NCBI RefSeq assembly: GCF_009914755.1
Contig: NC_060933.1
From: the human T2T-CHM13v2.0 reference genome, Homo sapiens
Direction: 5' to 3' (one strand)
Length of the DNA stretch: 64,000 bases
The notes below the pieces were generated by a model. That model saw only the letters and a program-made list of their open reading frames with translations. It was not told the origin of the DNA and made no database searches. Shown here piece after piece: positions 15,923 through 32,842 of the stretch. Numbering within the stretch: the stretch's first letter is position 1; each line of letters begins with the position of its first letter. The position numbers and the translations under genes were made by a program.

Positions 15923-16087
15923 ACTCTGATGGTGCTAGTTGCCGCCGAATTGCTTCCCCTACCAGTTCCTTAAGTTTCTTCTTATGATCCCGGCTGGTTT
16001 TCTTATAGAAATAAAGATCTTTTTCCAACTGCTGGATTTTATCTTCATATGTTTTGAAAGTTTCCATAATGCCTTCTCCATCTTGTT
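15923..16087 (-). CDS. KIF27: KIF27 penultimate coding exon (165 nt; EQDGEGIMETFKTYEDKIQQLEKDLYFYKK...LAPSE)
   Basis: Acceptor ttgtatag|AA and donor GAGT|gtaaga. Matches ORF 15852..16067. Confidence 0.95.
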
Positions 16088-16128
16088 CTATACAACAAAA
16101 ATTTGCATTTAAAATCAGTTTTAAATAA

Positions 16129-16450
<322 letters not shown>

Positions 16451-17601
16451 TGCAAAATTATGTTTTAACATAGGCCCTGGACTATATTTAAAGGATAAGA
16501 AGCATGTTACACATATCTGTTACCTGAATGGGTTTGTTTTCAGCTACCATTTGGATTTTTCTGCCTGTAAAATTTCCCAAAGTAGGATTGAGAGCCCTTA
16601 GTCACCTCCATCCTACCCCCTACCAACCCTCACACTTTCATAAGAATTTTTTTGCAGTAGCTACCAACTAGACCTATCCTTAGAACACCAGAAATAAGGT
16701 GTTTTCTATAAAAAGTTCAAGTTTGGAACTCTGTTCATTGGCTGCTTTAGTATCTTCTGTAAAGTTTATATCAGGAACTGTGGTTATATAAAAAGTCACA
16801 TGACTAGGATTTATAGGCCCAAGAAATATACAGCCAAAACCCCCACAAAAACCAAAACCTGTTAAAAGAGGCCATAAAGACTAAATCACAAAGGAAAACA
16901 CCACAGAAAAAGAAGAGGGAATATAATCCAGCATAAAGTTCTAGTTTATGCCACAATATAACTTAAAGTTTCTAAACTTTAAGTTTACAGGTAATAAAGT
17001 TTAGAAACTTTATTAATATTTTCATTAATATTTATGAATGTCTAACATTGTCTCCATTGGGTTATGCTCTTGAACCAGTGAAATCCAGTTTACTAACCTT
17101 CAGAAAAAACATAATTTCAGACCTACTCTCCCCTACTGGCATATTTATAAAATGATCCTACTGGTTTGTGATTTTCTTTGGTTACAATTGGCTGTTTTGT
17201 AGAATTTTGTTTAAGTATATTTGTATATTTTAAATTAGTCCATCATCTTGTTTTAAAAAATACTTAAAATTAATGAGATCATAAATCAGAATCCCCATAA
17301 AGTATGTCATATTAATCAACTTAATTTTATGTCCGATATTCAGTTGAAATTAGAAAATTCATGAATTGTTTACATTGTCAGTTATAACTTTGTTTTTATT
17401 TGATTTTCTATTACTATTATTTTTGAGACAGCATCTCACCCTGTTGCCCAGGGTAGAGTGTGTAGTGGTGCAATCATGGCTTACTACAGCTTCAACCTCC
17501 TGGGTTCAAATAATCTTCCCACCTTAGCCTCCGGGGTAGCTGGGACCACAGGCACATGCCACCATGCCTGGCTTAATTTTTTAAATTTTTGGTAGAGATG
17601 G

Positions 17602-18101
17602 TGTGATGGTTACTACTGAGTGTCAACTTGTTTGGACTGAAAGATGCCAAGTATTGATGCCAAGTATTGAGTGTGTCTGTGAAAGTGTTGCCAAAGGAGG
17701 TTAACATTTGAGTCAGTGGGCTGGGGAAGGCACACCCACTCTTAATCTGGTGAGAACCATCTCATCAGCTGCCAGCGAATATGAAGCAGGCAGAAAAAGG
17801 CGAGACTGACCTAGCCTCCCAGCCTACATCTTTCTCCCATGCTGGATGCTTCCTGTCCTCGAACATCAGACCCCAAGCTCTTCAGTTTCGAGACTCAGAC
17901 TGGCTCTCCTTGCTCCTCAAGCTTGCAGACAGCCTACTGTGGGACCTTGTGATTGTGTAAGTTAATAATAAACTCCCCTTTATATATATAGAGAGAGATA
18001 TAGATATATAGATAGCTATATATATTTATATAGATATCTATATCTATATCTATATCTATATATCTCCTATTAGTTCTATCCCTCTAGAGAACCCTAATAC
18101 A
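17602..18101 (+). mobile_element. 5' LTR (MLT2A1/A2-like)
   Basis: Starts tgtgatggttactactgagtgtcaac and ends ccctaataca. Carries an internal TA-rich tract and is followed by the HERV-L internal start ggttttggtaccaggagtgg. Confidence 0.88.
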
Positions 18102-18451
18102 GGTTTTGGTACCAGGAGTGGCTCTAAAGGAACAGAATATTAAGGATGGAGTTCTTTTGTTGGTTTTGGGGTTTCTGGAGTTGGCTGCTTAATCTGATTA
18201 GACCCAAAAATGCTAAGGACTCTACTCCTAATAGTATGGAGAACACTGATAGTCCTTGACATGAACTGTTTACAGAATTATGCAAAATAAATGCATTTGA
18301 CACTCCTGATTCACTGCTCATGAGAGGCAAGGAGTTTAGTGACTCTGTGTAATAAATTTGACCATATGTGGAGAACCAAGGAACATAATGAAGCTGGTTG
18401 GTTGCTCCTAAGTTCAGTGGACAAAGTGATGAAAGAAAATGATGAACTCTT

Positions 18452-20835
18452 CTACCTCAGTAAAATTTCTAGGGGTCCAGTGGTGTGGGGCCTGTCGAAA
18501 TATTCCTTCTAAGGTGAAGGATAAGTTGCTACATTCGGCCCTTCCTACAACCAAGAAAGAGGCACAATGCCTAGTGGGCCTATCTGGATTTTGAAGGCAG
18601 CACATTCCTCATTTGGGTGTGTTACTCTGGCCCATTTATTGAGTGACCTGAAAGGCTGCCAGTTTTGAATGGGGTCCACAACAGGAGAAGGCTCTGCAAT
18701 AGGTCCAGGATGCTGTGCAAGCTGCTCTGCCACTTGGGCCATATGACCCAGCAGATCCAATGGTGCTTGAGGTGTCAGTGGCAGATAGGGATGCTGTTTG
18801 GAGCCTCTCCCAGGCCCCCCATAAGTGAATCACAGTGGAGGCCTCTAGAATTTTGGAGCAAGGCCCCGCCATCTTCTGCAGCTAACTACTCTCCTTTTAA
18901 GAGACAGCTCTTGGCCTGTTACTGGGCTTTGGTGGAAACTGAACGTTTGACTATGGGTCATCAAGTCACCATGCGACCTGAACTGCCTATCATGAACTGG
19001 GTGCTTTCTGACCTATCTAGCTATAAAGTGGGTCGTGCACAGCAGCATTCCATCATCAAATGGAAATGCTATATATGTGATCAGGCTCAAGCAGGTCCTG
19101 AAGGCATAAGTTACATGAGGAAGTGGCACAAATGCCCATGGTCTCCACTCGCCACCCTGCCTTCTCTCCTCCAGCCTGCACCGATGGCCTCATGGGGAGT
19201 TCCCTATGATCAGCTGACAGGGGAAGAGAAGACTAGGGCCTGGTTCACAGATGGTTCTGCACGATATGCAGGCACCACCTGAAAGTGGACAGCTGTGGCA
19301 CTACAGCCCCTTTCTAGGACATCCCTGAAGGATACCAGTGAAGGAAAATCTTCCCAGTGGGCAGAACTTTGAACAGTGCACCTGGTTGTGCACTTTGCAT
19401 GGAAGGAGAAATGGCCAGATATGCGGTTATATACCAATTCATGGGCTGTAGCCAGTGGTTTGGCTGGATGGTCAGGGACTTGGAAGAAGCATGATTGGAA
19501 AACTGGTGACAAAGAATTTTGGGGAAGAGGTATGTGGATGGACCTCTCTGAGTAGTCAAAAACTGTGAAGATATTTGTATCCCAAGTGAGTGCTCACCAA
19601 CGGATGACCTCAGCAGAGGAGGATTTTAATAATCAAGTGGATATGATAACCCAGTCTGTGGATACCACTCAGCCTCTTTCCCCAGCCACCCCTGTCATTG
19701 CCCAATGGGCCCATGAACAAAGTGGCCATGGTGGCAGGGATGTGGGCTCAGCAACATGGACTTCCACTCACCAAGGCTGACCTGGCTACGGCCACTGCTG
19801 AGTGCCCAGTTTGCCAGCAGCAGAGACCAACACTGAGCCCTCAATATGGCACCATTCCTCAGGGTGATCAGCGAGCTACCTGGTGGCAGGTTGATTATAT
19901 TGGACCTCTTCCATGACAGAAAGGGCAGAGGTTTGTCCTCACTGGAATAGACACTTACTCCGGATGTGGGTTTGCCTATCCTGCACGCAATGCTTCTGCC
20001 AAGATTACCATCCATGGACTCACAGAGTGCCTTATCCACTGTCATGGTATTCCACACAGCATCACCTCTGACCAAGTTACTCACTTTATGGCTAAAGAAG
20101 TGTGGCAGTGGGCTCATGCTCATGGGATTCACTGGTCATTCATGGGATGAAGGTCCCCATCATCCTGAAGCAGCTAGATTGATGGAACGGTGGAATGGCC
20201 TTTTGAAGTCACAATTACAATGCCAATTACATGACAATACTTTGCAGGGCTGGGACAAAGTTCTCCAGAAGACTGTGTATGCTCTGCATCAGCATCCAGT
20301 ATATGGTACTGTTTCTTCCATAGCCAGGATTCACGAGTCCAGGGACCAAGGGGTGGAAGTGGAAGTGGCACCACCCACCATCACCCCTAGTGATCCATTA
20401 GCAACATTTTTGCTTCCTGTTCCCGCAATATTATGTTCTGCTGGCCTAGAGGTCTTTGTTTCAGAGGAAGAAACACTGCCACCAGGAGACACAACAATGA
20501 TTCCATTAAACTGAAAGTTAAGATTGCCACCTGGACACTTTGGGCTCCACCTACCGTTAAGTCAGCAGGCTACGAAGGGAGTTACAGTGTTGGCTGGGGT
20601 GACTGACCTGGACTATCAAGATGAAATCAGTCTACTACTTCATAACAGAGGTAAGGAAGAGTATGCAAGAAATACAGGAGATCCATTAGGGCGTCGCTTA
20701 GTATTACCATGCTCTGTGATTAAGGTCAACTGGAAACTACAACAGCCCAATCCAGTCACAACTAAAAATGGTCCAGACCCTTCAGGAATGAAGGGTTGGG
20801 TCACTCTACTAGGAAGAAAACCCACAACCTGCTGA
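18452..20835 (+). pseudogene. Degenerate HERV-L pol (RT C-terminus, RNase H, integrase) plus dUTPase
   Basis: Fragmented ORFs 18665..19282, 19565..19780, 19698..19916, 19966..20514 and 20524..20835 carry retroviral motifs. Many stops and frameshifts. Confidence 0.88.
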
Positions 20836-21246
20836 GCTGCTTGCTAAAGGCAAAGGGAATACAGAATGGGTAGCAGAAGAAGGTGGTCATCAATACCAGC
20901 TACGACCATGTGACCAGCCGCAGAAACGAGGACTGTAACTGTCATAGTTCCTCCTTATTTTGTTAAAAACATGTTTGTGCACATATACACTTGTACTAAG
21001 AAAATATCTTCATTTTATTTCCTTTTTCCTTTATCATGTGACATAAGATTTATTGACTTCACATCAGCATTTAAGTACTGTTAACTTTATGTAATAGCAT
21101 TTGGGTTGGGGATTGGTGCATTTCCGGTTGTATGAAGGATAGTTGTATTATGTGAGGTGTAATTATAACCTTATTATTGTCTTTATTTGAAGATTATGTA
21201 TGATCTCAGGAGATGTGTATGAGCTCAAACTGACAAGGGATGGACT

Positions 21247-22350
21247 TGTGATGGTAAATACCGAGTGTCGACTGGATTGAAGGATGCAAAGTATTGATCC
21301 TGGGTGTGTCTGTGAGGGTGTTGCCAAAGGAGGTTAACATTTGAGTCAGTGGGCTGGGGAAGGCAGATCCAACCTCAATCTGGTGCGCCATCTAATAAGC
21401 TGCCAATGAATATAAAGCAGGCAGAAAAACATAAGAAGGTGAGACTGGCCTAGCCTCCCAGCCTGCATCTTTCTCCCATGCTGAATGCTTCCTGTCCTCG
21501 AACATCAGACTCCAAGTTCTTTAGTTTTGAGACTCGGACTGGCTTCCTTGCTCCTCAAGCTTGCAGACAGCCTATTGTGGGACCTTGTGATCATGTAAGT
21601 CAATACTTAATAAACTCCCCTTTATGTTTATATATATATTTATATAATATAAATCCTGTATATTTTATATATCCTATATATTTTATATATCTATATATCA
21701 TATATGCTATATCTATATCTATATATATCTACATATATCTATATATCATATATATGATATATGATATATCATATATATGATATATATGATATCTCATATC
21801 TGATATATCTGATATCTCATATATGATATATCTGATATATCATATATGATATATCTGATATATCATATATGATATATATGATATATCAGATATGATATAT
21901 ATGATATATCAGATATGATATATATGATATATCAGATATGATATATATGATATATCAGATATGATATATATGATATATCAGATATGATATATATGATATA
22001 TCATATATCTATATATCTATATATATCTATGTATCTATATATATCTACATATATCTACATATATCTATATATCATATATGCTATATATGCATATATGATA
22101 TATATGTATATATCTATATATCATATATGCTATATGTATATATCTATATCTATATGTATATATACATATAGATATGTATATATCTATATATAGCTATATA
22201 TGCATATATACATATATATCTATGTATATACATATATCTATATCTATATATAGATCTATATATATCATATATGCTATATGAATATATGCATATATGCATA
22301 TATGATATATATATGCTATTCTGTCCCTTTAGAGATCCTTGATTAATACA
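21247..22350 (+). mobile_element. 3' LTR (MLT2A-like) with an expanded ~700-bp TA-rich repeat
   Basis: Follows a purine-rich PPT-like tract (gacaagggatggac). Homologous to the 5' LTR and ends gattaataca. Confidence 0.88.
21625..22318. repeat. Complex (TA)-rich micro/minisatellite including ~5 copies of a 23-bp unit gatatatcagatatgatatatat
   Basis: Direct reading of 21625-22318. Confidence 0.9.
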
Positions 22351-22504
22351 GATGGGGTCCCACTATGCTGCCCAGGCTGCTTTCAAGTAAGCCTCCCACC
22401 ACAACCTTCCAGAATGCTGGGATTATAGGCATGAGCCACTGCACCCAGCCACAACTTTGTTATGAACAATTTGTACAGCTATAGAAATGAATGACTTTTT
22501 TACT

Positions 22505-22799
22505 TTTTTTTTTTTTGAGACAGGGTCTTAACTCTGTCACCCAGGCTGGAGTGCAGTGGTGTGACCACAGCCACTGCAGGCTCAACCTCTGGGACTCAGG
22601 TGATCCTCCCATCTCAGCCTCCCAAGTAGCTGGGACTACAGGTGTGTGCCACCACGCTTGGCTAGTTTTCTGTATTTTTTGTAGAGATGGGGTTTCGCCA
22701 TGTTATCCAGGCTGGTCTCGAACTTCTGGGCTCAAGCAATCCTCTTGACTCAGCCTCCCAAAGTGCTGGGATTACAGGGATGAGCCACCATGTTTGGCC
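22505..22799 (-). mobile_element. AluJ
   Basis: Alu dimer with J-type ctgggctcaagcaatcc. Confidence 0.88.
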
Positions 22800-23784
22800 A
22801 AGTTTTTATATATTCTTATTTGGCTATAGCATGAACTTTTGTGGTATAATCCCACTCACTTTAAAAAATATTAAAATATCAGTTTCAGAACTAAACTAAG
22901 GTAAGGAGAGCATGTTTGAATGTAATGATGTGTGAGATCTTGCCAGGAAATTGTCATTAGGCAACTGGTTGCTAATTAACCAGTGACAGAATTAACTTAG
23001 AAGCAAATTGCCTCAACACTCAAATTCACAGATTTTTCCAATTTTCTGCTTACTCAGGTTGCTTCTTCCAGATCCCTTTTGATCTACTTTCAGCTATGGA
23101 TTCATGAGAATCAAGACTAAGCAGCCTGAATTGAAGGAGTAACAGTATCACCTAACAATGATTTTGCTGCCATAGTAGCTGTTTGTATACTGGCCATATG
23201 CCTAGGTAAAATGAGGCCAGATCACTCTCAAGAGTTTTCTATCAGAGTTGGTGGTGAACTACTGCTCACGGATAATGGTATGTGCCCATCAATGGCAGTA
23301 TAATTTTGACCCAAGATATTACTTTAATGCATAAAATTTTATAATCAACTGACAATTATAACCAGAAATATAACTAGGAATATGACAGAACCTATCACTT
23401 TAATTTTGTGAGTGGAAAATAACTTAAATATGATAGTATTATATCCCTGAGAAATAAAAAAAAATTCAACTGTATACCAAAAAGCCTGAATCAATCCCAC
23501 ATTTCTACATAAAAACTAGACCAACAACAAGCTGACAGGATTGTAGCAGTTCTTATGTGCATACTGGAGGCAGGCAGAAGGGATGGCATTCCAAGCACGA
23601 ATAGCCCTACAACAAAGTCAACTGTCCCAAAATGCGGCAACCAAAACATGTAAAGCCCAAAAACTTGTCTAAGTAGCAACTATTTAAACATGTTGACCTT
23701 TTAAGTGATCAAATTCTGTCCTATCTTCCTTCAGTACCCACACCTACACATCAACCTTACATAACTGTCAAAAGGGGAAGTTAC

Positions 23785-23983
23785 CTTTGAAATGATGTAA
23801 TAGCAACTGCATCTTTTGTTCGTGTTCCTTTTGCTGGAGGGTCAGTCTCCGGTCACACTGCAATTTTAGATGGTCCAGTGCAGATTCTAATTCACGAACC
23901 ATATTATCCCGTTCCAGAACTTTCATTTTCATTTCTTCATTATATAACTGTTGTTTCCGTTCAGCTTCTCGCAAATTCACCAC
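23785..23983 (-). CDS. KIF27: KIF27 coding exon (199 nt; VVNLREAERKQQLY...LLLHHFK)
   Basis: Acceptor ttgttag|GTG and donor AAAG|gtaact. Matches ORF 23768..23983. Confidence 0.95.
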
Positions 23984-24182
23984 CTAACAAATACATATTT
24001 TGACCTGTTAAGTGTGTCTTAGATAAGCTAATATAATAATCTACTTTTCTTAGGCTACTTCAAGATGAACTTCCTTAATCTCCATAGTGTAAATGATTCC
24101 TGCCAGGTATTGGGTCCTTAGGCAAATGCTTTGTAACATATTCACAAAACAACCTAACAGCCTTTTGAATTTGTTGGAGTTC

Positions 24183-26592
<2,410 letters not shown>

Positions 26593-27315
26593 TAGGACTT
26601 TATTTTAAAATATCAGTGTTTTATTTTTCATTAATTGTCTGATATTCCCATAAATTGAATGTACTTTTCAGAGAAGACTTATCTCATTGTTTAACACTTC
26701 GTAATATATAACTTAAGTGGAAAAGACATTAGAGAAAAGACAGATATAGTTCTCAATGCTATGAAACATCTCTGGATCAGTAAATTGTCTAATCTGTAAA
26801 AAATACATTTTAATTGATTTAAGCACATTCAGGTTAATAAAATCTACTATTATCTTTGCCACTGATACACCACTTCATCTTCATTTCAACTCATACATGA
26901 TGAGAAAGTACAGATTCCCCTACCCTGCAGCAATGAAGGAAAGGGAATCAAAACTTGGAGGGCCCTTGATTTTTCATGAGTGCCAGGTAGAACATCCAAA
27001 TCTAGAAAACATCCAAGAAATAATGAGCAAGGAATATAACTTAAATTCTTTGGTTTTAAAAACTTTCAAAAAGGACTTCTTTTGAAAGGCCCTCCAACTT
27101 TAAGAACCTCACAAAGTTAGGCCTACATCTTTGGATAATCACAAAGCTTTCAGATGACAACATTTAGTTCTATAAAGAGAAATCATGCTTAAATTTGTAG
27201 TTACATCATCAAATCTTTAAGCCTTTCAATTTCTTTAAAAATTCAAAATAAATATAGGATGTAAGCATCTTGACCCATCTTTATAAGAAAAATATTCTGA
27301 CCCTCAAAAACAAAC

Positions 27316-27522
27316 CTTATTGAAATATCTGAAAAGAATAGTTCTAATCTCAACAGGACTCAGGCAAGCTAGCTTTTCCAAGACATTTGCTTCACCACGA
27401 GAGAGGTTATGGAATGATGCTCTAAGTGACTTCTGGCGATTCTGGATACTTTCATTCCTGTATTCAATTGCAGCTTCCAAAGCTTCAATCCCTTCTTCAA
27501 GTTGGAAAAGAACATGTTCTTC
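27316..27522 (-). CDS. KIF27: KIF27 coding exon (207 nt; EEHVLFQLEEGIEALEAAIEYRNESI...LFRYFNK)
   Basis: Acceptor atatctag|GAA and donor AAG|gtttgt. Contains the KIF7/KIF27-type motif LEEGIEALEAAIEY. Confidence 0.94.
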
Positions 27523-28249
27523 CTAGATATAACAGAAATCACTCATTTTAAATGAAATAGTATAACTTTGACTTTGTCATATACTCAGATCCTCCTAAGC
27601 TATTTGAGTCTAATGGATATTACCACTCTTGTACTAGATTTTAAGAAAATGTTTTTTGAGCGCTTGCTATGCCACATAATGCAGTGTGTGTATACATGTG
27701 TGTATACACACACATAAACACACACACACAACATATTAACATAATCATTAAGCCGTCACAATAAACCTGATGGAGTAAAATGGAAAAGACAGAAGTTTAG
27801 GGGAGTTCTGAAATGTTCCAAGGTTATACAACAAATGCTGATCATCTAATCCACGGAATATACTTGAACAAAGCCTAAGCCCACAGGATTAGCAGTATTG
27901 TCATATATCTCCTCCATAACCCCTAAAGTGCATATTGTGTGTCAATATTTCCACTAGTGAGATCTAGAGACTCACTGTTGTCCCTTCAGTGATCTATCAA
28001 AACAATATACTGCCTAGAGGGAATAACTTATTCTAAATGTTAGAATAAGTTATTAAGAACTAGTAATAAAAAAGCACAATATGGCATAAAAAAGTAGTGA
28101 GGATTTAAGTATCTGAAATATTTCATAAGATTCCTATGAAATGTTATTAGAAGGAAAATGTAGGTGTTAAAAATAGGGCAACGTAGTATTTTTTCACATA
28201 CTAGAGAAGATCGATGAATCCCTGTAGGAAAACCTACAAGTTCTCTTTT

Positions 28250-29022
<773 letters not shown>

Positions 29023-29240
29023 AATAGTGTGAATATTTCTGATCTACCTAAAGAAAAATGTTCACCAGCCATTCTATTTCTCTGTGCAATCACTAACCAT
29101 ATGGAATTTGATGGTTTGATAATTGCTCCATAAGGAATAAAATAATATTCACCTTTTCAAGAAAAAAACCCCTTAAATACTAAAATGTACTTAGGTGAAT
29201 GAATAAGAGGAGCCACAAATAAAAGTGAATTATCCAATAT

Positions 29241-29452
29241 AGAGTAAGTCCTTATCATCAATAGGTTCTTGGAAACTGTGACTTTAAGAGAAACAATACA
29301 TAACGAAACAAATTTTTTTTCTTATTAACTTTGTAACAAAAGCAACTATGTTGAAGGAAAACAGTGTAATTTGAGGACCTGATGTACATGGTGTCTCTTA
29401 AAGTCACAATTTCCAAGAACCTATCCACAATGTTCAGTGAGGACTTTACTGT
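29241..29452. mobile_element. TcMar-Tigger-derived MITE (MER6B-like), ~210 bp, long terminal inverted repeats
   Basis: ataggttcttggaaactgtgactttaagaga ... tctcttaaagtcacaatttccaagaacctat. TA at the right end. Confidence 0.75.
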
Positions 29453-29796
29453 ACTTGACTTTTGAATTTATACTGTGACTATATTTTATCAAAAACAAAT
29501 GTGAAGAGTTTGCCTTTATACATGGCTGAGGACAATTTCGTATAAATTCAGTTTCTATGGTTTTGGATCTAAGTTAAGGAAGTACTGAGATAATATAAGG
29601 TAGTGTGAATATAGAAACCCAAGGACAGCCCGCTCCAGTGAGGCTGCAGCATATCAGTGTTTGCAGTTCCCTCTAACTCAGCAATAGGTGTAGGCTGACA
29701 AGATACGTGGCAATGGGTAAGTAACTATCCTGGGATGAAAAATTTGCCACAATACAAACCACAGGTTATCAAGAGTTGACTCTGCTTTATGATAGA

Positions 29797-29981
29797 GCAC
29801 TGCTTTTCAACTTTAATGTGTACCCAGGAGCTCACTAGAATTCAGATTCTGATCCAGCAGGTCCACTTGGGGCCTGAGGATCTGCATTTCTAACAAGCCT
29901 CCAAGTGATGCTGTTGCTGCTGGTCCAGAGACCAAGTAAAATGAAACAAAAAACTAACAACAACTTTTGAGCAAGCACTGC
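29797..29981. mobile_element. MER5A-like hAT-Charlie MITE
   Basis: cagattctgat...ggggcctgag...tctgcatttctaacaag...gtgatgctg...gctggtcc. Confidence 0.75.
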
Positions 29982-30009
29982 AGAGATTTCCCTGTAAATT
30001 TTATGTTCT

Positions 30010-30652
<643 letters not shown>

Positions 30653-32842
30653 TTAGATAAACATAATAGTTCTTATATTTTCCTCCCTACTTATTAAGCA
30701 ACTACTCTGTATTATTAGAAATCTAAAGTTCAGGTATTCTTTAATTTTAGTTTCTGGATTTTACCAAAAAAAAAAAAAAAAAGCGGTGTGACTTGTCTGT
30801 AGTAAATTGTTGGGTAATCTTCTATTAGTGTAACGATCTAAAATCTTTCTATCCATTTCCATAAAGTAATAAAATTAGGAAAAATATTTTAATTTACTGT
30901 GGAAAGAGAAAATTATCCTAAACAAGCTTAAAGACATTAAGATAGCAAACCATTCCAACTAGATTTTATTGATACCTTGTGTCGTCACATCAGAATCTCA
31001 TGTTCTCGATCATCTGCTAGTGACAGATCTATTTGGAATATTAACCTTGGCTTTAAAATCGTGATAAGAGCAGAGCCTCACTTGAGAGGTACACTAAGAA
31101 GAACCAACCATGTGGAAGAAAGGTGCATAGAAGCTCATGTGAGTAAGTAGAACTCTACCAGTTGTAGGAGGCTCATCATTCCCTCAAACCCCAGTCCAGA
31201 ATAGCCGCAAAATAGGTATCATGCGCCATACTATATTTTCACCACAAATCTGTAAATAACGTTTTTTGTTATGGGATCCCACATGAAATAGAAACCTAAA
31301 TGTTTCTTGATATTAATGGAACTCTACCCTACTGCAAACATAATTTGTTAATTCTCATCTCTGTGCCTTCTTCAAAGATGTTCTGTCTAAAACGGACTTC
31401 TTTCTTGTATCTGCCAGTGCATATCATGTTTTTCATAATCTAGCTCAAGATTCTGATCTACTGAGGCTGCCTTGATGAATCTTCCCCCAAATGATCACTT
31501 CATTGCTTTGAATAAATAATGTAAGAGGTATAGCTGTAATACATTATCCACAACTTGATTTTCAATGTCCTTCAGAGTTTAGAGTTTTCTTATATTTCTA
31601 TCTGTTTTCCCAAATAGAGTATTAATTTCTCAAGGGAAACATAATACTTTGGGTTTTTTTTTTTTTTTTTTGCTTCTTCTATCTTCTATAGAGCTTAGTA
31701 ATAGTCACCGGCAGGCAGAATTCCTTAAATATTTGAATTCTGCTGTATCTTAGGCTCTCATGTCTTCAAATCTATAACCCTTAGGCTCCAATTTAATACC
31801 TTGGGAGGACAGCCTGGCTCTCTGTTCCTCTGCACAGCTACCCAGCTTAAGTTATAAAACAGGGCAACAGAGGTCTATAATGTTCCTTTCAACTGCCACT
31901 TAGCCCCCAATCAAGGATTGATTTGTAAGTCAATCCTTTCATCAATTCTCAGTGAGCAACAATCTAATGTTATCCTTGCTCCTATTTCTTAACTAGCCCC
32001 TATAACTTCCTGTCACTTGCTCCAAACTAAAACATTACAAGATTCACCACTGTGTGTGATTCTCAGCTATTCACCTTCTCTTAGCAATTTTCCCTTGGTT
32101 TGGTAATGATGAGACACCAACAATAAATATTTGCAGAGGAAGTTCAGATTCAAAAATTCATCTTTCTCTGATGAAGTAAGGTAAAGGTACCACTGCCAAC
32201 TGACTGAAAATTTTGAAAAAAGACAAAGTCTGGGGCAATTTGACAGCCCATAAATGAATCATCTTCTACATAGTTTTAAAAAACTATAACTAAAACTATA
32301 GTTTTAAAAAAACTGTATAACTAAAAGGTCTTTTACTGGGATTGGAATTTTGTGCATCTATTTGGCTGGACATAGTATGGACACTGGGCCTTCTAAACCA
32401 AGGTTTCATGGAAAGAATTAACCCCTAATTCCTTAGGCATCTCTTGTATGTAATAAATTACCTAGTATCATTCAAGAAATATGTATAGAGAAAAGTCAGG
32501 TGCCCTCCAGAAGAGTCCCTCAAATCATTTTCTATGTTCTGTGATTTCAGACGAGAAACCCCAGCTGAGGAGGCAAATATACTCAAGGAAAGTAATAGTT
32601 TCCAAATGCCTGGCAGTGCCAGGAAGGGGCCATGTCCATGGACCACTATGTAAGGATATCTCAGTCTCTAGTCCAGCGTGGTTTATGGTGCCAAATAAGT
32701 GCCAGGTGAACTCACTACATCTGACAAAATCTCAAGGAACCAAGTTTACCAGATAATATTTATGATTATGTGAAAAAGACTGAGGAAATCACTCAAGTGA
32801 TCCATCATACAGCACCTCCAGTTCCAAAGAATACTGACTTAC

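Larger units (their letters stand above)
17602..22350 (+). mobile_element. HERV-L provirus (MLT2A-type LTRs), internally deleted, antisense to KIF27
   Basis: Two TG...CA LTRs and a 5-bp TSD gatgg (17597-17601 / 22351-22355). Degenerate RT end, RNase H (WFTDGSA), integrase (H..H/CPVC, WQVDYIGPLP, ERWNGLLK) and a dUTPase-like region after the integrase. No env. Confidence 0.93.
17420..22450 (-). mobile_element. AluJ-like element split by the HERV-L insertion (pieces ~17420-17601 and 22351-22450)
   Basis: The Alu reads ...gtagagatgg|ERV|gatggggtcccactatgctgcccaggctg, continuous across the TSD. Confidence 0.85.

Noticed and set aside
18665-20835. Intact or domesticated retroviral RT, integrase or dUTPase gene
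   Set aside because: Multiple in-frame stops and frameshifts, and most of RT is deleted.
21780-22000. CRISPR-like or regularly spaced array
   Set aside because: Low-complexity tandem units without unique spacers, in eukaryotic DNA with no cas genes.
29241-29452. Strong hairpin as a novel ncRNA or miRNA precursor
   Set aside because: Explained by the terminal inverted repeats of a Tigger-derived MITE.
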